Positions 39,201 to 52,452 of a stretch of DNA of 64,000 bases are shown one piece after another (position 1 is the stretch's first letter; every line of letters starts with the position of its first letter). The position numbers were made by a program, and so were the translations under genes. Origin of the DNA: Calcarisporiella thermophila CBS 279.70 (taxonomy: Eukaryota; Fungi; Calcarisporiellomycota); assembly GCF_041956535.1 (NCBI RefSeq), contig NW_027192210.1, positions 514,662 through 578,661 on the forward strand, read 5' to 3'. The notes under the pieces were generated by a model that saw nothing but the letters and a program-made list of their open reading frames with translations, was not told where the DNA came from and ran no database searches.

Positions 39201-41408
39201 ATGTTCCGATTATATCCACGCACGTTTCCCCTGTCATCTTCCCGAACATTATTAAGGCGATATGCAGGTACAACAAAACACATCATCAGATCTAAGCAAT
39301 CCCCTTCCACATCTCCCTCCACATCCCCTTCATCCTTCACACCCATCTACTCTCGCCATTACCAGCCCACTACAGACGAAGTCCGCTCGTTTCTAGATAG
39401 GCATCAACAGTTTCCCCGGCCGCTGAAAGGGACGACAGAGGAGGCACTCGTTCCGTGTCCACACTGCCCGCCAAAGCCGCGAGCAAGTCGATATACAGCT
39501 CGCATCCATCTTCGAACAGGACAATACCAGTGTCCATCCTGTTTATCACGCGGAACTTGGAGCGATTTTGTGAGTGCCGTGGCAAAGCCTTCGTTCGCCA
39601 TTCTTGATGCCACATTGAAAGATGCGGGAGGTCAAAGAGGTGCTGGTAATGAGATAAGTTTCTCTAGGCCGATCTCTGAGATTGAAGCATACCCTGAACA
39701 GCTAAATGAGTATCCGGCTGTACGGGACTGGATGATCGAGATCGGGATTAGGGAAGAAACACTGCAAAAATTTGGTGTTGGAGTGGCGAAGTATGCGTCA
39801 CTGGAGACGAAGTTGGCTGCACATGGAAAGGAGCTAGAGGCCCAAATAGAAGGGGAAATATGTGTCACATTTCCAATGATGGGTCCGGATTTCGGCAAGT
39901 CCAATAATGAAAAGGCCGCCACCGACAATACCAAGCCAGCCGAAGATGCGGCGAAGCCTGCAGAAACAGATCTCGCCACCATCGAGTATCGAACTGTACG
40001 CATCAAAGCGGTCCGTCCGGGAACATCTGAGCTCATCGCTTTTGACCCCGCCACTCGAGCTAAATCTGACGTCCCTTGTCTGTTTGGATACCATTTACTG
40101 CACCCAAACACAGAGGAGATCATCCTTACTGCCAATGAGCTTGACTGCATGGCGGCGTTCCAGGAAACTCGCGTGCCTTCCGTCTCGCTTCCGAGCTTAA
40201 ACCAGCTGCCCGTCGAGGTCGTGCCGCTTCTAGAGCGCTTCTCCAAGATCTACTTGTGGCTCGAGGACGATGTGAATGGGAGATCTGCTGCGGAAAAATT
40301 TGTGAGGAAATTGGGTATACACAGGTGTCGCATCGTGAGTACCCGGGGAGATTCGATTGACGGACCCCGAAGCGCACACGAGGCCTTGGCTCGCGGAAGC
40401 AACCTACGGAAACTGTTATCCGAAGCGAAGCCGCTGGGCCATGATCAAATCATCGACTTTTCGGACCTCCGTGACGCTGTCTACAGAGAAGTGTTGCACC
40501 CGGACCAAGTGTGCGGCACTCCTTTCCGCGATTTTCCCGCACTCACGAATCTCCTTAAAGGGCATCGGCCCGGCGAGCTGACCGTGTTCACGGGGCGAAC
40601 GGGCATAGGAAAGACAACCACGCTTTGCCAGCTCTCGCTTGATATTGCTCGACAAGGGATCCCGACCCTGTGGGGTAGCTTCGAGATACCCAACGTACGG
40701 CTGGCGAAGAAGCTGCTGATGCAGTTGGCGGAGCGCGATTTATCGACCGTGCCGGAGGAGTTTGACGTATGGGCCAATGAACTCCAGAGAGTAAGGATAG
40801 GGCGATGCTTCACTAGGATTAGATGGAACACAGTTCAACTCTAACAATTCAACTCCTTCACACCCCATAGATACCAATGTATTTTCTCCGATTTTTCGGA
40901 AGCACCGATATCAATACTGTCGAAGAGGCCATGCTCCACGCCCTCCATGCCTACGATGTCCAGCACGTTCTGATTGATAATCTCCAATTCATGTTGTCTG
41001 GTCAACGGCACTCCTCACTCGAGCGGTGGGAGCTTCAGGATGAGGTGCTCGCGCGGTTCCGCCAGTTTGCCACCCAGCAAAATGTCCACGTCACTCTGGT
41101 AGTGCACCCAAGAAAGGATGAGAATCCTGCGCTGAGCGTGAACAGCATATTCGGAAGCGCCAAGGTCACCCAGGAGGCTGATAATGTGGTCGTGATCCAG
41201 CAGGGAGAGAAGGGGGTCCGCTACTTGGAGGTGTTGAAGAACCGATTTGATGGAACGCTTGGCCGGGTGCCTTTTGTATTCGATCGAGAAAGTCTGAAGG
41301 TAAATGGGAATAAAAAATACGCCGCGGCACTCAGAATCAAACCTGGACTAACCGCTTTCTCGTCTTTAATAGATACGTGAAATTAGGGACGATAAAATCA
41401 AATATTAG
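39201..41408 (+). CDS. TWNK: Twinkle mitochondrial DNA helicase (T7 gp4-like primase-helicase)
   Basis: Mitochondrial presequence, CPHC...CPSC zinc finger, degenerate TOPRIM, GHRPGELTVFTGRTGIGKTT, LWGSFEI, IDNLQF, HVTLVVHPRK, IFGSAKVTQEADNV, KNRFDG. Confidence 0.95.
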
Positions 41409-42238
41409 TGTACACTATTGTTGCCTTGCATTTGTTTTGTTATTTAGCCTCTTTTTTTTTATTACTCTCCATTTTCTTCCTTATATTTCCTTTACGAAAT
41501 GGGGCAACCTTTGGCGCTGTTTCACCCATTTACCCAGTTAATAGAGACAATAAAAGGTTAAAATGACTAAATGATGACTTGTATACATCATTTGCAGGTG
41601 AAGTTGCCAATGGTAGGCATCTTCCACTCGTCCCTGCTGCTTTTCCCCCTCCAAATCTGTTGGTTTTTCTCTACCTCCGTATCAGCGATCTGCTTCCTCT
41701 TGTCTCACAACGACGATAGCTTCGTTGACTTTGCACCGATACCTTCACATTTTCTCTCCCGATAGCGAAATCCTTTATAACTATCACTTCAAATGCTCCC
41801 CACCGGATATAAGGTATGAATTGTTTTATTATCTATAGCTGGCAGTGTTCAGCATAGTAAAATGGATGGGAAGAGGAATTCTCGTGGTTAATTCTAAAGA
41901 AAAAACGGACTTCCAAAAGAGAAGAGAAGAAAATAATAACAGACAATAACACAAGTGAAAGAAGCGAAAAAAAAATAAAAGATTTGCAATAAAAGAATCA
42001 GCAAAAAATATTATGGAACAATTAAAATATCTATCAGATAAAAAAAAATCGAAGAATAACTTGGCCATAGATAAAGAAATATAAAATAAAAAGCAAGCAG
42101 CAATTATGAATGTGAAAGTTAAAACCAAAAATTAAAAAAAAACCAACTGTCCCCGGTATGGTTGTGCAAATGGATATTGGGGGCCGAATCGCGGGCGCTC
42201 GGGTGAACCCCACCGTGGCAACTTGCATTCTCTCACTC

Positions 42239-45200
42239 TTAGTCAGTGCGCGACTTTTCATTCTCAGCCTCGTCTCTCTCGCTTTCTTCCTCCTCCTCCA
42301 ATTCTACGCTTCTTGCTCGCCGTAAAGCTTCACCTTCACCCATCTCCTTCACCTTTCTTACCAGCTCCAATGGGCTCGCCGATTTATAGCTGGCGTCATC
42401 CTCTTCCTCCTCCTCGTCCGCAATGACAAAGTCCGAGGTGTTCACCGTGAGTTCGGGATTGCGTGCCATCGACATTTCATAGGGCTGAGTCAATGGGCGC
42501 GAGGTGGTGTCATCCTCTTCGGCCTCGCCAATTGAAAATGCTGCTCGCAGAGGCTCAGGCTCCTTTTCATCTACCGCCCCAAGCCCTTGTGCGTCTCGAT
42601 AGTGCTCGAGTGCTGCTGCAATCCGATCATTCACAGACAAGAGCTGATTCAACACCGCCTCCTCGCCCCCGTTACATTCCCGAATATGAGCACGGACACG
42701 GTCCAAGAGACTCGAACATTGTGCATAGAGAACTCCCGCCTCCGTATCCGCCCCACACTCCTCCTCGCGTGCTCTGCTCTTACGCAGAAGCTCAACCAAC
42801 TCCTCAAGTTTGGCGACACTTTCTTCTGCATGTTTGATATCTCTCTCCCTCTCGTCGGCGACTCGCGGGGGCTCCTGAACTTCAGTGGACTGTTTTGGGA
42901 AATCTTTTTCCGATTTAAGGCGAGCGATCTCGGCCAATCTTTCCGTCTCACGATACGTACTTAGGGGTTGAGGGGCAGCTAGAGCGGCCCGATCCTTTCC
43001 TCCATCCCCCGCGGGGTTTTGTGCGGCCTCTGCGTTCCGGATGCACACACTTACGATCTCTCTGCTTAGTCGCGCCATGTCTTTGTGATTGGGCGGTACA
43101 TTCACATCCAAGCATGTGAGGCTCCAGTTCATCTTCACACTTACGCTGAGGGCGAGCACACCCGCCAGCTCCAGCCTAGGGTTCCCGGTCAGATCGAGGT
43201 GCTGGAGGTGTTTCGTCTCGGTGATGCTCTCAGCCAGGGCAATCGCCCCCTCGGAAGTCAGCCCCGTTTCGGCAAGGAAGAGTCCACGCAAGGATCGATT
43301 CAGGGTCAGCGCATTTTTGAGGGAGTGAATACCCTCAAGGGTGGGGGTGGACAGCGGGTTGCGATTTAAATCCAGAATCTCCAGGCTCTGGTTTCGCTTT
43401 AATGCTTCGGCAAAAAAGGTGAGTCCCTTGGAGTCGATGCGATTATCGGCGATCAGAAGCTCGCGCAGACTTCGGTTTCGCCGCAGGCTCTGTGCCACGT
43501 ATTGGACGCCGTTGGTTCGGAGATCGTTTCCGCACACATCTAGCACCTCGAGCCCACGTTTGTATGCCCTGTCTTGGGAACCGATCCCCACTGACCTCGA
43601 CGACAAGGTATCGCTGGTGGCAAGAGTGGGAGTTCCCGAGCGACTTGGAGTGTCCTCGTAATCACGTAGAATAACCCCTAACCAGACGGCACCCTGATGG
43701 GTGATTTTGTTATTCCGTAATGAAAGCGTGCGCAGCGCGGAACGACGTATAGCTGGGGCCAAAACTTCCAGGAGGGGCAGTTTGACCCCGCAGTTGTCGA
43801 GCTTGAGCGTTTCTAACCGAGAGAAAGGGGAATCTGGAAAAGAAGGGGAGGGCGAGAGAGCCTGTGCGATGAGCTGAGCAGCTTTTTTATCAAGGTATGT
43901 ATTGGAGAGGTTGAGGGAGCGAAGATTTTCAGACTATAGATTATAAAAAAAGAGTTAATAGTAAATAAAAAAAGGAATGAGACTAGAGGGGAATAAAGAA
44001 CTACTCCCGCACCTTATTCATATATATAGCGATATATTTGAAACCATCTGCCTTGATGCGGCGATTCCCAGCTAAGCTTAAAACCTCAATCTCATCCGTT
44101 AGAACCAGGCTATGTAACAAAATTCGCAAGCACTCGTTCTCTATCCCACACTCATCTAGTATTAGCTGTCGTAGTCCAAATCGTAATGTGAGCAGATCGG
44201 CGAGAGGCTCTATGACATGCCGTTCCAATGGGGCGCCGGTGAGATCAAGCTCGAGATGATCGGGTGATGTTGATGCTCTTTGGAGGCACTGGATAACACG
44301 ATCTAGGGGCGGCTCTTCGCGTTGCTTACAGGTGGTGAGATAGAAGTTGAGAGCTTCGGCAGGAGAAACGGGCGATGCAGAATCTTCGAAGCTCGGCGAT
44401 ATCGACGATGAGCCGAATCCCGGTGCCGTTCCCGGGACCGATAACGAAGAAGCTTCAAGCGAATCCTCTTCAACCGCGGTGGATGGGCTATCCTTAACGC
44501 AAGCCTGCTCCTCCATGTTGGTTGATATTGCCTTAGCATTCTCTGTTTTTGCCCCCTTATCACACTCAGCCTGGTTTAAGTGCTCCGCATCCTGATAAGC
44601 ATCACTATTCTCCTCTCTCCCCTGTTCCGGGTCTACCTCATTCGCGTAATGAGTCAACTTCTCTCCTCGTGCAAATCTGACCCGCTTTAGCTGGGAGGTA
44701 ACTAGTGGATCTGTTTGCTGGTGACTGGACAAGCTACCCGTGCCACCAACCGGTGGCACCAATCCTGTATTCCTGGCCCCTCCTCCTTCAACCCCAGGCA
44801 CCACATCGCCTCCTTGTCGGTCGTCGTTGGAAGCTGTATGGTTTAATTTCTTCAACGCATTGGATAAAAATGACGACTGCGCACCTGAAGCGCCGCTATG
44901 TTGTGTGTTGATATTGGTATGAGAGGCGGGTTGTAAGGCGCCATTGAGCTTTGCATTTAGACTGGAAAACCAATCGCGTTTGAATACGGCGGTAGCCCGA
45001 TTAGTGATTTGGGGAGAAGACTTGAGAATACCCTTTTTGGGTGCGGAATATTTAGAAGAGGCCTTGTCGTGATTCATAGCTCTTCGCACCGTTTCTAATG
45101 AGGAAAGCAAAAAGTAAAATTAAATGAATGACTCCGTTCAAGAGTCGAAATTAGAATAGTTTTGCCACCCCGCATTCAAACTATACCAACTCAATCTCTC

Positions 45201-45461
45201 TCCAACTAAGACATGCTTGTACATACCTGTTTGCTGGCCAACGATCCATCCAATTACTGCCTCCAACTCCGAGCCTGGATTTTCCTGAATGGCAAGCTGA
45301 GCAATGGAATCTTCAAAACCCATCGTGACGAGCTGAGCGTGCAGATCGTCAATCGATAACGGCTGAGGGGAACCAATTGCATTGTTATTGCTGGTGGTAT
45401 TGCTGGTACTGATATGGGCTGCCACACCTGTCCTTTCGGCGGACACTGTGGGTCCTGTCAT
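42239..45461 (-). CDS. RNI-like LRR PP1 regulator (PPP1R37/Mhp1-like) with N-terminal UBA-like and C-terminal GAT-like regions
   Basis: QLVTMGF UBA-like motif, KKGILK and KRVRF PP1-docking motifs, many LxxLxLxxNxI repeats, LNQLLSVNDRI GAT-like helix. Confidence 0.82.
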
Positions 45462-46556
45462 CACGTGCTGAGGGAAGAATTTGAAGATCGAGAGGAATCC
45501 GAGTAGAAATATTGATCGAGAAGTTAAGTATATTGATAGTGGAGGGAGGTAGTGGCCGTAAAAATCCACCGATGATCTCAAGCTCTGGGCGAAAGAGTTG
45601 TTTACGCCGAAATGAGAGGCGCTTCAATTGGCCAAGATTAATAAGAAAAAGAGGTTGCGCTCTCAAATTTTCTTTTCTCAGTTTTGTAATACCTCAGGCA
45701 ACAAACGATAAAACCGACTCTGAGTGAAAAAGCCAAAACGCTAAGCCGCTTCTCCCCCTTTCTATCTTGGAAATTAATGAAAATGTTTTGGTAGGTGGCT
45801 TTGATAGCTTAGAAAAGCAAGAGCCGTATAATGATCGATGGCTGAATAACCCCCAAGATTATACGCAGCCTAGGTGACGCACAATAACTGCTGTGATTGA
45901 AATCAACCTCCAGCAGGTATTGAAACTGGGCCGGAATTCCGCACAGGACCGCTCCGCCTATTCTTTCTCATAAAAATAGGTATGAAAGCTTGGGCAATCT
46001 AGGAGGAGCGTTGTGTCGAAGGGGATTAATGTTCTGAATAACTCCAGCGAGGATGAGCGGTTTGCGCGGGCTTATTGTAATCGACCCCAATCAAGGTAGA
46101 GCTATCATTCTTAAATATAGGCTAGAATATTACAGTTACACTGGGATTCAAAGTATTCCAACCCGCTTGTTCTATATGGGCCACCTCTTAACCTAGCTAC
46201 AAGTCATCAGGGGTACAGAAATTGGTGTAGCTCCACTGGGCAGTCCGTAGCCTTTTGAATACTAAAAACAGATTTAAAATATCGTATTATTAGGGTTACT
46301 GCTCTCATCCTAGGAAAAGATTATATTGGGTTATGAAATATATTTTACAACTACAAATAAAATATAATTAAACAAGCAATGCTGTATAAGAGGAGAGGTA
46401 TTGAAGCAAATTCAGTAACCAAAGTGATTTACTACAAAACTCTATGGTCATGGGCCCGCTATTGCATACCGACATCGATTCTATATCCATCAGACATTAT
46501 TGAAGTGAGCGTAGAGTAGATATTATCTCTTCGCCCGTTCCCACCGCCTTTACCAC

Positions 46557-46907
46557 TCACTTATTTAATTCCATACTATCACATGGTTCATCAACCATAA
46601 CTCTTGCTGCCCCCATAAACCTATACAGATTACAATTAGCGTCTAGATGCGTAACCACGACTAATTTTTCCCTAGCCAATGGGAACTACTACTCTACTTA
46701 CATGGCAGTATGAATTGCACCTAGTCTTCGCACGTTTTTCGCATGAGCTCCTGCCATCTCAAGTTGCCGTGACAATCTCTGAACATTGGACTGAAGTCGA
46801 TCAAGTTTTAGACTAAGTTGGGCATAATTAGCGGATTTCAAGGTGGAGGTAGTGTTTGATTGGGACAAGGTAGAAATTCGGAAGGTTCGATCTCCCATTG
46901 ATTGCAT
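46557..46907 (-). CDS. HSK3: DASH/Dam1 complex subunit Hsk3-like
   Basis: KSANYAQLSLKLDRLQSNVQRLSRQLEMAGAHAKNVRRLGAIHTAM|FMGAARVM matches the Hsk3 pattern Y..L..QL..LQ.N......L......M..LG..H..MFMAA. Confidence 0.72.
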
Positions 46908-47220
46908 TTTATGTATTGTAAAAAGAAAAAAAAGAGTATCCAAAAAAAAGAGCAATAATTAAAATTCGCGAATACGCGTTAGAAATATCCAGTTAATATC
47001 CCGCAGGATAAATTGGCCGAAGGAGAGCGAAAATCTATTTTAAATAGAAAATAAAGGAAACCGAATGTCAGTTACGAAAAAGGGTAACTAGGAAAGAAAG
47101 AGAATAAAAAAAAGGCACCCCAATCCATGAAACAGAAATACAAAAAAAAAAAGAATAGGTAAGAAAAAGTGTGCGACTCTTAGAGTAGGCAAAAAAAAAA
47201 TAATCCAACCATCGCCTCGC

Positions 47221-48539
47221 TTAGTTTTTCTCGTCTTTCCCGTTGGTTTCATGATTTCCGTTTATTTCTGCAGAATTATGATTTAAATATTCGGGGTTCT
47301 GCCACGGGCCTGCATCGCTTGAACGGCATCCACCTTGCTCGGCGCAAGTACACTTTCCCCCAAGATAGCTCGGCAGATTTTCGGGATCTATGTCCTTCAA
47401 AAGGGCAGACTGGTAGCGCGAGCCAAGGATATGAATTTTATTGACTGTGACTTCATCTAGGAAAGGCTAAATGGAAAGCCGATTAGTTAAAAGCCTCTTC
47501 CCCAAGCCTTCCCATCGGCTGCACTATTCTTACCTTAATTAATGCCCAGATGGAGGAAAATAGGAAAGGAGCATTGATGATATACATTTTGCCCATAAGC
47601 TATTCAAAACAAGTCTTGATGAGCATGGGTTCCATCGTTAGAGCTACAAGAAGAGACGACCTACCTCTGGGTAATAGTCCTGTGCGATAGAGGAGGTAAG
47701 GCGGACAAACCCAAGAACGGTGGTGATGTTCATCATCTTGACGCCCTTCAAGTCCATGATGGTAAAGGATTGCTCGATATGACGACCTGCCTTTGCAGAA
47801 CACGCAACGAAGCGTTGATTGATGAGCTTCTCGTACCTAGTTAATTGGATGAGAAACCAGGTGAGCCTACCCCTGGAGGGTCCCTCAAGCTGGAAAACAA
47901 AATTTACCCAACAACGAACTGCTTGAGCATGCGATCCTCGGTAGTGATCTTGAAGAGCTCATTCACGTCAATATTGCCCAGGTGCTCGATATAGATAGGC
48001 CGGCCAATACGGTCTGTTTTATGGTACTATCATATAACGTATGGTTAGCAACCATTTGGGCTCGACAGATGGAGGGCGACTTTTTTCGGGTTCGAAATGA
48101 AACTTCGAGGAGAGAGTTTCAGATCAGATCATCAACTTACGTAGCGAGGGTATATTTTCGCTATCTTTTCCGCCTCAGGAAATTCGAATTCTTTCACCAG
48201 TTTGTCGACGCCGAACTCCTTACGCCATTTTTCGCATGCGATGAACATGGCCTTGGTCGCGTCCAGATCGAATTTCCGGGCGCGCAAAAATCTTAGTAAA
48301 CAGTGATCATCATGTCGCGATGGATCGAAGTATCCGCCCTGTTGAAGCTCACTGCGGAAACGTTCTAGTGCAACCTCCTGCATGGGCGTGAGGGTGTCGA
48401 GTCTCCCTGTGCCGCCGTAGCTAAGGGCGGCTGAGGGGCGCACGGGGCGCATGGAGAGGGTGGAGAGGGTGCGGGGAGTGTGCAAAGGGGAGGGGGTAAG
48501 GAGGTCGTCGTTGGTTTGGGTTTCGAGATGGCGACTCAT
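47221..48539 (-). CDS. SEC14: Sec14 phosphatidylinositol/phosphatidylcholine transfer protein
   Basis: [70 protein letters not shown], DAGPW. Confidence 0.95.
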
Positions 48540-49387
48540 GGATGCAGGTTTTCAACAAGTAGGAAAGAAGAGCAGAGAGAGAAATGGGCAAAATTAACGA
48601 TGATGATCTGAAAATAAATAGGTCAATCAATTGAATAAGAATTCAAATTGCAGTGGCCGGAAACTGGAGAAGATTGAGAGAGAATCAGATGAACTAGTAG
48701 AGGCAGGAGAAGGTTCTTGTCCACACTAACAGATGAGCATAAGAGAGGATAGCTAAAGAGGAGGGAATGAAGATGAGCGATCTATAATTAAGCACTTGAC
48801 AAAAGAAACTAGTTGCAAGAAACCGTTAACAACAGTGTACAAGTTTATCTCCACGGATAATTTAATTCGCAGGGCAAAAATAAAGCTAGCCCACTCAGAA
48901 AGGGGAGATCGCGCCAGAGCCGATTACTGAACCATTCGGTTCGTTGTGCTCCTGCAATCCTATGATCTCCTCAACCTTCTTTCCCCCTTCGAATCCTGGC
49001 ACTTCTTCCCGTTCCTCTGCTCTTCCTCTAAACTCGAAGGCTGCCTCTCTGCTTTTGTCTCCCTGAAGGCCCCATTATGTTCCTCGACATCTTAGCTTGT
49101 GTGCCTTCCATAACGCCGGCTGACAAATCGCTTATTTATTATAAAATTTTTCATTATTTATTAATACTGTAATGGGTACACTTTGGGCCGAACTCGGTTG
49201 GGCAGCACTTATTGATATGTACTTTTATTCCAAAGGACCGTAAATAAAAAGAAAATAAAACTACTGTAGGAGCTACGTGCAGGCAATTATACTAGGCAGT
49301 GACTATTGGTTTCTTTGAGAACAAGGATTGGAGGGTTTTGAAGGTGGAATGATTCTTGGGGAGGGAACAACATTCTCTATGTTGCAA

Positions 49388-49837
49388 TCATTCCTGCGAC
49401 TCACCCTGCTGCTCCTCAACATTATTCACCTGATTCTGGTCGGGTTGCTCTTCGACATTATTCTCTTGCTTCTGGTCCGGCTGTTCCTCGATCTTCTTCT
49501 CTTGCTTCTTCTCTTGCTTCTTGCCGTGCTTCTTGCCGTGTTTCTTGCCGCGCTTTTTATCGTCCTTGCAGTCCTTTTTGCCGTGCTTCTTTTTGCCCTT
49601 ACGATGATGTTTTCCCTTCTTGTGCTTCTTCTTGTCACCGTGGCCGGGAGTGGACGAGGGCAGAGCAGTTTGGCTCGCAGAGGCGGAGGAGGAGATGGAT
49701 GAAGAGATGTCTCCGGTGGGCACGGGCAAGGCTGTCAGAACGGAGGTCTGCTCAGGCTCGGTCTCAGACTGTTCCTGAGCGATGGCAACGGCGGAGAAGG
49801 CGAGAGCAGCAAAGGCAAGGACAGTGAAGTACTTCAT
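49388..49837 (-). CDS. Small secreted protein with Ser/Thr, Lys/His-rich and Glu/Gln-rich blocks
   Basis: Signal peptide MKYFTVLAFAALAFSAVAIA; KKKHKKGKHHRKGKKKHGKK...KKHGKKHGKK; EEQPDQ repeats; intronless. Confidence 0.8.
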   Translation of the reverse strand: MKYFTVLAFAALAFSAVAIAQEQSETEPEQTSVLTALPVPTGDISSSISSSASASQTALPSSTPGHGDKKKHKKGKHHRKGKKKHGKKDCKDDKKRGKKHGKKHGKKQEKKQEKKIEEQPDQKQENNVEEQPDQNQVNNVEEQQGESQE

Positions 49838-51247
49838 GGTGGTGCTTGTTCTAGAGGTGGGTGATGAGAAAAGCTAGTGTGGATGGGAAAGAAAGAGAGG
49901 ATGAGAGGGGTGCAAAGCTTTCAAGGAGAGAAAGTTGTTGCTTTTCAGTATGGCAACCATCCGGAAAAGCTGGGCTTCTTATATATAGGAGATCTCCTCT
50001 GGGGATCGGACGTGGAAATAAAGATAAGGTAGGAGTGATTTTCAGTAGCAATGAATACAGCCGTAGGACGAAATTCTAAATCTAATAATAACCGCGGTCG
50101 GGTACACTCGTTTTGCAACACTATACTGCATGTGGTGAGGCCAACTGTGATTTGATTTTAACCATGACAATTGATTTCTATTAATTTTCTTGGCGTTAAC
50201 GATATCCGGATTATTGCCCTCGGCCGCGGCCCCCCCTCCACGCGCTCTCCGCCAATATCGCTCCTGTTCTAGAGCGCAAGTTCGTCAGCGCCGGATCAAG
50301 TTCAGCCTAACTTCAGGTGGTATCCACGGCAACACGCCGGCCAGGCCCACCTTACTGATCTGCGAACATGGGTGAGGATTTGTGACAACTTTCAAGCGCT
50401 TCACCAGTAGGATGGGTTGGAGCAAGAGCATCGTAGGAGCTAAAGACCGGCATGTGCCCACAAGCTATGACGTTAACTCTATTAATTTTAGCTTCGCTGG
50501 TGCGAATTAAAAATCCATTTAGAAACGCCCTTTCATTGGAATCGAGAACGTAATCATTAGAGGGCCTCCCGTGTGATTGATAAGCTTTCCAATCTCAACA
50601 TTTTGCATGAACATAACGTAAAACTAAGCAAGAGCGAGGCTAGTATTGCAAATGATAATTGAGTTATATTAGGCTCACTACACCTGGAGTCGGGGCTCTC
50701 TATCCCAGGCACCGGTTGAAAGGCTCAAATTGCTCCATCCGTCCACACACAGCCCCTAATTTCCTTCCAATTTGGCTTGTACCAAGGGCTTTAGGTTATA
50801 GGGGAGTCGTGGCCCTCGGGAGGACGAGGGCCTCCAACCGCTCCCAAAACTCAGTTCTAATAACCACACCTACGTCATGCTTGTGGCTGTTCCCAGGAAA
50901 GCTATTGAACCAGTTGGGCTTTCATGGAGACAGAGCTTTACAGTCAGTCGCCCAGCATTTTGCAGATGGATTATTCCCGATCGGGAATAGTATCGGCTTC
51001 TTAATTGCTTTTCATCACAAGGGATGGCCGTCCCGCAACAATAACAGATCGTTTGCTCTGGATCTTTCATATTGTTATTATTACTAATGCTCTTGAAAAA
51101 AAAAACGTAGAATGGGGGAGTGGAAATACCAACCAAAAAAAAAATTAGACCAAAAAAAGACTACTATACACACATCACAACACACGTCTTAATTACAAAA
51201 CAGAGATCACAAAAATAGCCTAAGGGGAGAATTTTGGTGCTGGGATA

Positions 51248-52452
51248 TTAGAATTGTAATGCGGGCGGCCGACTTTTCCTTACGCGCTCCTCTCCCACCA
51301 GGGTCCACCCAGACCTGCCTCCGATCAGAACTCGTACCACCCTCATCATCACCGTCAACGGCAAGAAGATCCAACCCACAAGCCAACCGCTCCACGATGT
51401 TCCAGCGTCCCGCAACATCAACTCGTGCTCATGCAACCGAGCCTCGAGGCGGGAGAACCGCTGCGACAAGCCGGTCGCAGACTCATTGCGCGTGAAACGA
51501 TGGACCCTTCGCTCGAGAGTGTGGATAGCAGGCTCAACTCCGCCACGCAGCTCCTGAATATCACCCTTGGTTGCGCACGCACCCTGGAGTTTGACCATAA
51601 ACGACTCCAATTCTTTGACGTGGCCCTTCAGAGCCTCAACTTCTCGATCCGTGGCTCCCCCCTTGTTCATGCGCGGGGGGCGAGTGAGGGGAGGGCGCTG
51701 CGCTTTTCCTTGCCAAAGCTTCAGAACATGAATAAAGGGGCGGATCGCGGTAGCGAACACAAAAAGACGAACGTCAAGGTCAGATAAATAGCGGGTGCTG
51801 CTTAAAAAGGAGCGGCCCCAGCGCAGCGTCCACCCCGCCACAAATGGTGAGGCGAGGACAAGAATGAGGCAGCAGCGTTCTTGAGCGAGGAGCTGGGCCG
51901 CCATACGATGGCGTAGCTCGCGATCTTCTTCCGTTTCTTCATCCTCATACTCCCCCTCTATTGGCTCGTTCTCCTCCATCACCTCTTCCTCTAACTCTTC
52001 GTTGCCACCAAGGAATTCATCATTCGAATCCTCCATGGTGGGAGATTTTCTGTAATTCTTTCCGTGTTCCTGCTCGCGTGCCTTCCCCTTGTCCTTGTCG
52101 CCCGATCTGGCACTCTTACTCGTGAACGCCCCTTGATATCTATCAGGTAATTCGCACGCATATCGTTTCGCTCTCGTTAGATTATATAATTCCCAGGGTG
52201 CTTAAGGGGTTGAAGAAAGGAGAAAATTAAGTTGCGAGTAGAAATCTCACCCATTCGCAGCAACTAACCTTTCACAATTTGGAAAAGATAAAACCCAAGT
52301 ACCACTAGCCACACCATGTCTCCCCATACCTCTTGTTTCCCAAATGCAAGAGGTCCAAATGCGGGTAGCAGAGTAACCAGTATAGGCCAGGCGTGATCAA
52401 CGGCGGTATCCGGTGGGGATTGGACGCGTGTTTTGGATTTTGTTGATAACAT
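51248..52452 (-). CDS. Hypothetical fungal membrane protein with coiled coil
   Basis: TM segments HAWPILVTLLP..., VWLVVLGFYLF|..APWELY, LASPFVAGWTL, LFVFATAIRP; C-terminal coiled coil and hydrophobic tail; one intron. Confidence 0.75.

Noticed and set aside
42223-44922. Plus-strand ORFs overlapping the LRR gene (similar cases over TPP2, Twinkle, GH88, BAT1)
   Set aside because: Antisense shadows of GC-rich exons.
48895-49000. tRNA-like TTCGAATCC with a nearby stem
   Set aside because: No cloverleaf, A box or acceptor stem.
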